A stretch of DNA of 64,000 nt from a virus, in the IMG/VR virus record IMGVR_UViG_3300013767_000193, positions 50 through 64,049 of that record. One strand, written 5' to 3'. The stretch's first letter is position 1; each line of letters opens with the position of its first letter. The translations under genes were made by a program, and so were the position numbers. Shown here piece by piece: positions 58,101-64,000 of this stretch. The notes under the pieces are model-generated. The model made no database searches. It was not told the origin of the DNA and saw only the letters and a list, made by a program, of their open reading frames with translations.

Positions 58101-60829
58101 ACCTGCCGGAGCCGCTGCAGGGCCCCGCACGCAAGTTCGCGGACAACATGGGGCACTGGGTCAAGACGGGCGCCCAGGCGGTGGTGGACGGGCACAACCT
58201 GGCCGGCTGGGCGAAGCAGACGCTCGGCATGGACAAGCCCACCGAGTACATGAAGGCCGTCTCCGCGCAGACCGCGCACAAGGTGGACTTGGATCACCAG
58301 CTCGGCGAGATCGGCGAACCGGCCTCGGCGCTCAAGACGCACGAGCGTCGGGAAGTTGGCGAGTACCTGCGCGACGCGACGCTGGGCAAGAAGTGGGGGT
58401 ATGAGGCCCCCTGGCGCGCTTGGCCGGAGCCGGCCGACCCAGACATGGCCAAGCGGTTCGAGGCACTGTCGCCGGAGGCCCAGCGGGTGGTGCAGGCCAT
58501 CGAGGAGCATGGCGACAAGCAGCGCCAGGACTTCCAGCTTGCCAACAAGCAGATGCAGGAGCTGGGCGTCGAGGGCAAGGACCTGCTGACGATCCCCGAC
58601 ATGGTTGGGCCCTACACCCCGCTGCGGCGCTTCGGGGACTTCGTGGTCCATGCCCAGTCGCCGGAGATGCTGGATGCGCGCGCGGCGGGCAACACGGCCA
58701 AGGTCGAGGAGCTGAAGAAGGACAGCGCCCACTACTACTACGGGCAGGAGGAGAGCTACGCCGCGGCCCAGGCCAAGGCGAACGAGCTGCGCGACGCGGG
58801 CTTCGAGGGCCAGGTGGACGCCATGGCCAAGGATGAGTACCGCAAGAACTTCGGCGTGGATGAGCTGGCCGCGCTGCAGAAGCTCGCCCAGCGCGTGGAG
58901 ACCGCCGCCGGCAAGGCGAAGAGCCCCCGGTACGCCAAGGCGTTCGCACAGATGGTCACGAACATGCAGGAGCGGATCCTGGCGGACAATGCGTCCCGGG
59001 CCCAGCGCATGAGCCGAACCGGCGTGGTCGGCGTGAAGGGGGGCGAGATGCTGCGGGGCTTCTTCGAGACGGCCCAGCGCCACAACTCGATGATGGCCCA
59101 CCTCACCCATGGTGACGCGGTGCAGAAGGCCATGGCCGCCATGCACGCGGAGGTCGGCCAGGGGCCGGACAGCGACAACCGTAAGCGCCGCCAGGACATC
59201 GTCAACGAGTTCGTGAAGCGCGAGGCCGCGGTGCTGGACAACCCGCGTCCGAACCGGTACGTGGATGGCTTCATGCATCTGAACGCGTTCTGGCGCCTGC
59301 TGGCCTCGCCGACGCACTACCTGCCCTACCTGACCCAGCCGATGGCGATCCACATCCCGCTGCTGTCGCGCTTCGGGTACGGCCGCGCCTGGGCCGAGTC
59401 CATCAAGGCCCTGCGGGACACCGCCAAGCTGGGCAACGATGCGCCGGATATCCGCAAGCACGTCGGGAAGATCGGCCGGGAGGCGGAATTCCTGCAGGCG
59501 GCTGAGCGGGCCAACCTGCTGAACACCCGCCACGAGAGCGAGTATGGCAACCCCAAGCTGTACGCGGACGACATGACCTCGCACGCCCAGGCGGCCATCG
59601 ACAAGGTCATGAAGATCGCCCAGCGCATCGAGGCATTCAACCGCGTTAGCTCCGGCCTGGCCGCCTACCGCCTGGCCTACCAGGACGCGATCAAGCAGGG
59701 CAAGGACGCCAGCGCCGCGCACACGGCGGCCGAGACCTACGCCATGAACTCGATCCGCGAGGCGTACTTCGACTACACGCTGGCCAACAAGCCCCGCGTG
59801 CTGATGGCGGGCAACTGGGCCGGCAAGAACGCCGCGCTTGGCAACGTGGCCAAGTTCGCCACGCAGTTCAAGCAGTTCAGCCTGCAGCACACCGCGCTGG
59901 TCGGCAAGCTGGTCTACCAGGCGTTCAAGGGGGCCTCCAAGGAGGAGCGCGCTGTCGGGCGCAAGATGTTTACCACCATGGCCGCGCACTACGGGGTGCT
60001 GGCCGGGATGGCCGGGATGCCGCTGGGCTTCCTGATGCTCCACATGGCGCACGCGCTGTTCGGGAAGAAGGACGACACCGACGAGACCACCATGCGCAAG
60101 CTGATCGGCAACGACCGTGTGGCGGACTTCGTGCTACATGGGGCGCCAGCGGCCATGGGGGCGGATCTGACCCACAGCATCGGCATCGGTGACCTGCCGA
60201 ACCCGTACCCTGGACTCGGCGAGAAGCTGGGGCGGGCCAAGACCGCCGGGGACGCCGTGGGTGAAGTGCTCAAGGCCGCCGCGGGCCCGCTCCTGGGCGA
60301 GCAGGTGCCGCAGATGCTGCGCGGCATGGGCAAGATCCTGGACGGCGACTACCACGGTGGCTTGACGGAGATGGCGCCGAAGGGCCTACGGGACGCCATC
60401 AAGGCCGCTGACATGGCCCGCGACGGGGTGACCAACTCACGCGGGGACGTGATCGTCAAGCCGGAGGACCTCTCCACGCTGAATACGCTGCTGCGTGGGC
60501 TCGGGGTGCCACTGCTGGCTGAGGAGAAGACGCGCGACCGGCAGCAGTCAGTGGATAACGCGACCCAGGCGTTCCAGCACAAGTTCTCCGTGCTCAAGCA
60601 GGAGTACCTCAAGCCGAACGCGGATAGGGCGGATGTCGCTCGCCGCTGGGCCGACCTGCAGGCCGAGCAGCGCGACGCGGACTTTAGCCAGGTGACGCCG
60701 ATCAGCGAGCTGTACAAGGCGCCGTTCCAGAAGCAGAAGCGCGAGATGTTCCAGCGGGACGGGGTGGAGACCACCAACCGCACCCGCGGTGCGGTCAATC
60801 GGATGCTGGAAGCGGAAGGGGCGGAGTAA
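52190..60829 (+). CDS. Large polyvalent ejection protein (muramidase-like, HTH, two zincin MPTase, LPD23, PLxRFG domains)
   Basis: ESGG...GYLGKYQ; EIAKRLGLDRSTVSK; HELGH; TGWF..S.DGEWRHEIDD; HELQH; PLRRFG. Confidence 0.85.
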   Translation: MADGFVKDADQPTVTVSAPQKRDTEGFVKDDGFVRDGAAPTSPPPGQSPYENLKVGDETATWGKFVPDAVISGKQGLNSFMDSMHSLANAATGHVLDNREQRVAAQDELVKKYGLTEKTAQLAEINGVSDYQFKNRLLEAQKSARGQAMDEADKQASFGQATSNAISNPGHAADMIATKAGEMGPMMGMGGLTAKGASALRSVAADFGLQAFGDTEQALHDKGADAAHSYGGGAVAGAVTGAATAIGGKYIEPAAEWAASKIPFVGDFLRRRVAGAINMGAQGSAMAGGTKVGENVGEGKPAGEGVGDAVAQSLPSSLLTGAALPFHGRGALAAKPADQPAAAPRPATQPPGQPPAPGTLSPENLVRYGASVAHTESGGKYDTTNQLGYLGKYQLGAVALTDLGYVKPGTTQEQLADPAHWTGKDGVANPQDFLTNHTVQEQAFAQYTQNNLAALAKLGLIKPGMSQAEIAGMLKGAHLGGPGGVAAAVNGQNRADANGTTVADYMKQGADALGGQAQPENTAGIMPEHPSDVAAQIAAIREPTSEKDTALISANTALPQLPPDLLAIKLHDGATLVTSNPEKAKVAQDHNGQLTTDQLGELLGYTTRKADSDGTVVQALDRNGNVVHEEATNAQGVADAHANADRMAPAGGFVRVTTADNAIAERGAMAKGDKKVTQQRRDEAITQELQAKYGHPQPIAGPDGKPLEGKSTWNGKTFNTAEERARAVSSMIKKELQKTPAQRTAELLAAHAFNEVHGRMPTEAELKKLAGYGLTGISSEASAAANIHHAIGEVEASYTPDASGKSKAKGDISLNEDLPVLKSLYEKLTGQHYGEGINSGTSTSGVDTESGKHASAPAHAADQGSRPAEGAPATEGAAPAEAGQGQGGAAVPGSEPGHVRDGSAEGAAAEAGAKREVRGVSDTPATELSPQAQRVVGTIKLNKEKRNGQAAQPSRQVQEPAGDVPGQRGVGPDAVRPAGEPRRPAGEQGGAARDGSVRTEGTGDSRPAGDAVVRGSGNEPGAPAEPEVKPHAREDEDEAKHRRVADIVGSLFPDTDKGRRNRDIILAHYAGDTATEIAKRLGLDRSTVSKLVSDKAIQAMMPRLLEELERRGISRQDFMEDLAAHAADAPDTGGVEEGAEDSTPRVSDELGGGEDGKERQSMGTIQSIGGSQSEWADTDSASERWIKAKEAGDEAGMRAAEEELKKVPADEMGFTTSEERARDRWDQLADEHNAPLQFDDLPEEARKEFSDYVRNGHGNLNDMNKIIEDHDAGKYDTDEEEDSSYASRSKKLEALEEHYQGVADMHTWLAQHDLAHIEGSVDHWHVVSADELDGAHADFYTDERGESHVRLSQELLDSGDTEFIKQNMNHELGHGVDMADRGGVYSIQPEMRVAIDRKTNEVVPVGAVAKELHALWQDDTLGELGYPFDRERFGGLTDKAVQKEMFAQVWSMFNQSTGWRSHLQRVAPKTYEFFKDVETDVRQQPASAFSDRSRIGAAERGQAFQERKSRRNTQVPVDAGSGRASPWGNPERTARVLAAANEPDRRAATYAGRLADTADHDQLAAAKARVRMGDDPESVRKDTGWFQSSVDGEWRHEIDDSGARLKRPWDEVERSPVIGQPVEHQIGDVLDHPELLKAYPELRDVKITKRSPFLDFNQAIQGWFDPRTKQLNITPYAQDPLSTMLHELQHWVQHKEGFDQGGNTASTNLANPEVLGKLAARVKDNLTGLKDLKTPLANAHRKIQEEQLGALRAIVDRLPKLQEQQKQQEQIRQQMADLEKEKAALKQKYDDQHATAMEAWKQTQPEAKQRRDAARDRQWDNRLSAEERAAAAEEYKVAQAAYLNSITKTPGRDWQSEMAERKALDDRIKELKRDDEGIEKAKFDGVPNIDKLKHQAYELISGEREARDVQKRMDLTPAQRKSIKPYSHEGIKDEHTIRPPKESYASQSQKLSSVEEREKARESTTAKVIRNLPEPLQGPARKFADNMGHWVKTGAQAVVDGHNLAGWAKQTLGMDKPTEYMKAVSAQTAHKVDLDHQLGEIGEPASALKTHERREVGEYLRDATLGKKWGYEAPWRAWPEPADPDMAKRFEALSPEAQRVVQAIEEHGDKQRQDFQLANKQMQELGVEGKDLLTIPDMVGPYTPLRRFGDFVVHAQSPEMLDARAAGNTAKVEELKKDSAHYYYGQEESYAAAQAKANELRDAGFEGQVDAMAKDEYRKNFGVDELAALQKLAQRVETAAGKAKSPRYAKAFAQMVTNMQERILADNASRAQRMSRTGVVGVKGGEMLRGFFETAQRHNSMMAHLTHGDAVQKAMAAMHAEVGQGPDSDNRKRRQDIVNEFVKREAAVLDNPRPNRYVDGFMHLNAFWRLLASPTHYLPYLTQPMAIHIPLLSRFGYGRAWAESIKALRDTAKLGNDAPDIRKHVGKIGREAEFLQAAERANLLNTRHESEYGNPKLYADDMTSHAQAAIDKVMKIAQRIEAFNRVSSGLAAYRLAYQDAIKQGKDASAAHTAAETYAMNSIREAYFDYTLANKPRVLMAGNWAGKNAALGNVAKFATQFKQFSLQHTALVGKLVYQAFKGASKEERAVGRKMFTTMAAHYGVLAGMAGMPLGFLMLHMAHALFGKKDDTDETTMRKLIGNDRVADFVLHGAPAAMGADLTHSIGIGDLPNPYPGLGEKLGRAKTAGDAVGEVLKAAAGPLLGEQVPQMLRGMGKILDGDYHGGLTEMAPKGLRDAIKAADMARDGVTNSRGDVIVKPEDLSTLNTLLRGLGVPLLAEEKTRDRQQSVDNATQAFQHKFSVLKQEYLKPNADRADVARRWADLQAEQRDADFSQVTPISELYKAPFQKQKREMFQRDGVETTNRTRGAVNRMLEAEGAE
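54687..54950 (+). CDS. Nested +1-frame gene A (87 aa, Pro/Lys/Ala-rich)
   Basis: AGGA 7 nt before ATG; 71/87 codons end in G/C; internal PKVQP repeat. Confidence 0.6.
   Translation: MAKVSIPAPAPRVSTPKVANMQAPRPTQPIKAAAPLKAPPPPKVQPLPKQARAKAVPQFRDPNRDMYAMDLPKVQPPKPAPSGKFGG
55029..55274 (+). CDS. Nested +1-frame gene B (81 aa)
   Basis: AAGGAG 7 nt before ATG; 74/81 codons end in G/C while the outer frame drops to about 37%. Confidence 0.72.
   Translation: MDKLHNHHDKCKNLPGTCPDSAGWDPMQFDQQVSHDDRLASKEEPHETAAYERKEQEIAARLGMPLYVVAEMNLAHRPNRK
56628..56900 (+). CDS. Nested +1-frame candidate C (90 aa, Pro-rich tail)
   Basis: AAGGA upstream; rare codons in the outer frame over the first half. Confidence 0.35.
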   Translation: MSDSNRLQRFRIARGLAQQSEAKPFRSVSPAGIPKFRSMPDPGVPAPGATPSAPPASSPPPTSPTAGPQPTPDASPTPPTTTSSPPPKPV

Positions 60830-61868
60830 TCGGGTTCCACTTCCAGTCCACCCACCTGTCGCCCGAGTGGCGCAGGTGGGCGTACCGCTTCAGACTGTTC
60901 CAGCTACGGTGGCCGGTCACCGCCGCCACGTGTGGTATGGTCCACCCCATCTCAAACAACCGGGAGGCCCCCTCGTGACGCAGGTCGTGGAAGTGCAGAT
61001 CGTCGATCTGCAGGAACTGGCAGCCGCGAGTGAACGCCGCGGAGATGGATCGGTGGTTGAATGGGAAGACGCGCTCCGCCACGCGCGGCTGGCGGCTAAG
61101 GACCGCCACGGCCTCCGGGGGCAAGTCGCATATCACATCGTTGCCGATTTTTTGGCCCGGGTGCTTCATATCCCGGACCAGTACCCGGTCGTGGTCCACA
61201 TCGGCCCAACATATTCGCGCTATCTCTTCCTGCCGCCGCGCCGAGAAGATGGCGAACAGGACGATGTCGGCCATCGGTATGCGCATATCCCCACGGTCCC
61301 AACTGCATTTGAAATGCTCAATCAGGGCGTCTATCTCGTCGCGCGTGGGCCGTCGATCTCGCTCCCGGGACCGGGTGGTGATGCCCATGCGCCGCAGGAC
61401 GGTGCGGGCGTCGGCGATGGCCTGCTTGTCTAGGGGATAGCCCCACATCAGTTTGGCCACCGCCGCCACCGCCGCCAGGTGGCTGAGGTAGTTCTCCCGG
61501 GTCGATGGCTGGCAGTCCAGGGCCTTAGCCCACGTAGTGATCGCCACGCTGTCAACCTTCGCGCAGCTTAGGTCCCCCAAGCTCGAGGCGGCGAGGGTGC
61601 GCAGGCACTGGGCCTTGGTGCGGCCCATTTTCTTTTCATGCTCTTCGACGTACTTCTCGATGGCGACCCGCAGCGCCGGGCCGGTCTCCTGGGCTAGTGC
61701 ACCAGGTGCATTCAGCTCGGTCTCGCGCACCAGCAGCCACTGCTTGGCGAAGGACTTCTTCTCAAAGGTTTGGGATTCGGAGTGTACAATTTTGCCGTCC
61801 CGCATCAGGCGGATCTGAGCGGTGTACATGACGCCGTTGCGGCGTTTGCGCGCGGTGATGGTGCCCAC
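60795..61868 (-). CDS. int: DusA-associated tyrosine integrase
   Basis: SARRQEEI, HDLRH, GHRSWNSLKRY: intact R-H-R-H-Y; divergent from dusA. Confidence 0.93.
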   Translation of the reverse strand: MGTITARKRRNGVMYTAQIRLMRDGKIVHSESQTFEKKSFAKQWLLVRETELNAPGALAQETGPALRVAIEKYVEEHEKKMGRTKAQCLRTLAASSLGDLSCAKVDSVAITTWAKALDCQPSTRENYLSHLAAVAAVAKLMWGYPLDKQAIADARTVLRRMGITTRSRERDRRPTRDEIDALIEHFKCSWDRGDMRIPMADIVLFAIFSARRQEEIARICWADVDHDRVLVRDMKHPGQKIGNDVICDLPPEAVAVLSRQPRVAERVFPFNHRSISAAFTRGCQFLQIDDLHFHDLRHEGASRLFEMGWTIPHVAAVTGHRSWNSLKRYAHLRHSGDRWVDWKWNPITPPLPLPASD

Positions 61869-61872
61869 GATT

Positions 61873-61911
61873 TGCTACCAAAATGGATGGTAGCAGCGAT
61901 GGTAGCAAGAC
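61873..61911. promoter_or_regulatory. Probable integrase arm-type sites
   Basis: TGCTACCA 61873, TGGTAGCA 61888 and 61900; GTAGCAAGAC also at 1466-1475. Confidence 0.55.
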
Positions 61912-61998
61912 CGCTAAAAAATGGCAAAAAATGAAGGTGCGCTAGTACATAATCTGAAAAGATCAAGCTGCGCAAGTGTTTGAAACTTAAGGACTTCT

Positions 61999-63015
61999 AT
62001 GTTTCATGCGGGTCGCCGGGTAGCCATAGCCCCGATGATGGACTGGACCGATCGCCATTGCCGGATGTTCCACCGCCAGCTCAGCCGCCACACGTGGCTA
62101 TACACGGAAATGGTGACAACCGGTGCGCTGCTGCATGGAGATGTGCCCCGTCACCTGGACTTCGACGTCGCTGAACAGCCGGTAGCGCTGCAACTGGGTG
62201 GCAGTGAGCCGGCTGATCTGGCGATGGCTGCCCGCCTGGGGCAGCAGTGGGGATATGCCGAGATCAACCTCAACTGCGGGTGCCCTTCCGAGCGTGTGCA
62301 GCGCGGTGCATTCGGGGCCTGCTTGATGGCGGAGCCGCAGCTGGTCGCCGACTGCGTCAAGGCCATGCGCGATGCGGTGACCATTCCCGTGACGGTCAAG
62401 CATCGCATCGGCATCGACAAGATAGAGCACTACGATTTTGTGCGCGACTTTGTCGGGACGGTGGCCGAGGCGGGTTCCGGGACATTCATCGTCCATGCGC
62501 GCAATGCCATCCTGAAGGGGCTCAGCCCCAAGGAAAACCGCGAGATCCCGCCGCTGCGGTATGAGGTGGCCTACCAGCTCAAGCAGGATTTCCCGCAACT
62601 GGAGATTCTGATCAACGGCGGCATCGTCAGCTATGACGAGATGGCGCGGCATCTGGAGCACGTCGACGGTGTGATGATCGGGCGCGAAGCCTATCACCAG
62701 CCCTATGTGCTTGCCGAAATGGATCAGCGTTTCTATGACGATGAAAGCGTCCCGGTGCAGACGCGGCTGGAAGTGGAGCTGGCGATGCAGCGCTACATTG
62801 GTGAACTGGTGGAGCGAGGCGGTTATATGGGCGCGGTGACGCGTCATATGCTGGGGCTGCATCGGGGCGTGTCAGGCGGCCGAGGCTGGCGCCGTGTCCT
62901 GTCGGATGCCAGGCGCATGTCGTCTGCACGCACTCGCGCCGATGTCGACTGCCTGTTCGAGGAGGCGCGCTCATACTTGAGACCGTTCGAGACGGAAACG
63001 CTGGCCGCCGCCTGA
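61999..63015 (+). CDS. dusA: tRNA-dihydrouridine(20/20a) synthase DusA with phage-derived N-terminus
   Basis: APMMDWTD, QLGGS, NLNCGCPS, VKHRIG, VHARNA, GVMIGREAY. Confidence 0.96.
   Translation: MFHAGRRVAIAPMMDWTDRHCRMFHRQLSRHTWLYTEMVTTGALLHGDVPRHLDFDVAEQPVALQLGGSEPADLAMAARLGQQWGYAEINLNCGCPSERVQRGAFGACLMAEPQLVADCVKAMRDAVTIPVTVKHRIGIDKIEHYDFVRDFVGTVAEAGSGTFIVHARNAILKGLSPKENREIPPLRYEVAYQLKQDFPQLEILINGGIVSYDEMARHLEHVDGVMIGREAYHQPYVLAEMDQRFYDDESVPVQTRLEVELAMQRYIGELVERGGYMGAVTRHMLGLHRGVSGGRGWRRVLSDARRMSSARTRADVDCLFEEARSYLRPFETETLAAA
62029..62051 (+). repeat. att core, right copy
   Basis: Identical to 1401-1423. Confidence 0.95.
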
Positions 63016-63240
63016 AGCCGGGTGCCTTGGTGAGGTGATGCGTCGAATCCGAGCCGGGGCTCTAAATCCGAATCGACAGGCTGTGAGGGTGTGAATGGGG
63101 GTAGCGCCTGCCGCACATGTTGTGAGGTGTTGCCCGGAAATCGGCGCCAGGAAAGGGATTCCCCTAATTTGCTGAGGGCAGGCGCTTTCTTACACTGCGC
63201 CTGCCCTCGAATACAGGGCTTTCTTCAACTGATTATTCAA

Positions 63241-63266
63241 GGCCCGCTTCGGCGGGCTCTTTTTTT
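63241..63266 (+). terminator. Rho-independent terminator
   Basis: GCCCGC-TTCG-GCGGGC then T run. Confidence 0.8.
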
Positions 63267-63362
63267 GATGCGTTTCCGGAGGTTCCGTTTACCCGAATGG
63301 TGCCTGCCCGGGATGACAGTTACATTGCAGCTGCCTTCAGGGCATTTGAGATCGCTAAAGTT

Positions 63363-63391
63363 AAGAGTCCGCGTTGCGGGCTCTTTTTTTT
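63363..63391 (+). terminator. Rho-independent terminator
   Basis: AAGAGTCCGC-GTT-GCGGGCTCTT then T run. Confidence 0.75.
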
Positions 63392-63463
63392 GCGCTCGGC
63401 GAGCCAATCGAGCGGGTTTGACTGGAAGGTGACGGGAGAGTTCCTCGTCGCGCAACGGAAATA

Positions 63464-63604
63464 TCACTTGCCGCTGGTGTGGCTAACGCCTACGTCTACT
63501 GTGCCGTAAGTCGTGATGCCGGACTGCCCGTCGCCTACGCCATTTGCCGCACATCCTGCAATTGCTGCGACCAGGAACGCAGCCGCCATCCACCGAGATG
63601 CCAT
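63464..63604 (-). CDS. Small lipoprotein (host)
   Basis: Lipobox IAGC, C-terminal TYGTVDVGV. Confidence 0.6.
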   Translation of the reverse strand: MASRWMAAAFLVAAIAGCAANGVGDGQSGITTYGTVDVGVSHTSGK

Positions 63605-64000
63605 CGCTTGCACTTTCGCTTCCCCAGATTGCTCAACCCAGGTTTGAGCATCGGTGTCATGCACGGGTTCCACCCACTTCTTTTCTCCGCCTGGCAAGCA
63701 GTGCCGGGAAGTGCGGAGAAAAGGGCAGGCGGCGCTCTTCCGGGCGCCGCCTGACGGGAAGGTCGAGGGGGGTCAACGTCCCTCGGAAGGCAGTATCGCA
63801 AGGCCCTTCCTGCTCTTGAACCCTGCGTAGGTAGGGGCTGTGGACAGCATATTTGTCCGCAGGAATGGCGGGAGGCGTCCATCGGTTGCGGCGGCTGCCC
63901 GTGGGGCGTGGTGTTACGATACCTGCCGTATGCAGACCTTCGGCGTTTTGAGGTTGCCGGCTGCTTAGGGGCCGTCGTGGATGAAGAAGAGCCGTTCGGC

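Larger units (their letters stand above)
1401..62051. mobile_element. Prophage, podovirus-like, integrated in dusA
   Basis: att repeats, integrase, replication module, terminase, portal, capsid, tail, lysis and ejection genes. Confidence 0.96.

Noticed and set aside
50322-60052. Long minus-strand ORFs of 617, 984 and 1134 aa
   Set aside because: Antisense shadows of the ejection genes, with typical L/V/G/R-rich composition
63016-64000. tRNA or riboswitch after dusA
   Set aside because: Only terminator hairpins seen; no cloverleaf or aptamer consensus recognised

Overview
Almost the whole window is one apparently complete prophage of about 60.6 kb. It is bounded by a 23-bp direct repeat (1401-1423 and 62029-62051) and integrated in the 5' end of dusA by a DusA-associated tyrosine integrase. 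The host is GC-rich and probably Cupriavidus/Ralstonia-like (inferred from DusA). The phage supplies a new start for dusA, and the native 5' end is stranded at 1371-1469. The left arm (minus strand, 1.5-27.8 kb) holds early and replication genes: primase-helicase, SSB-like protein, SNF2 helicase, exonuclease, family A polymerase, an AAA+/VWA/DUF3150-like trio and many small ORFs. A control region (26.5-28.9 kb) contains a large palindrome and a hairpin-rich leader. The right arm (plus strand, 28.9-60.8 kb) is a podovirus-type late operon ending in a 2879-aa large polyvalent protein. Most notable: (1) two, possibly three, +1-frame genes with their own SD sites nested inside the giant gene, where codon bias switches frame; (2) a 370-bp ungapped imperfect palindrome with iteron-like motifs; (3) small early proteins sharing a C-terminal motif around the AAA+/VWA operon; (4) several dispersed non-coding motifs. 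All family calls are from motif recognition; no database search was run.
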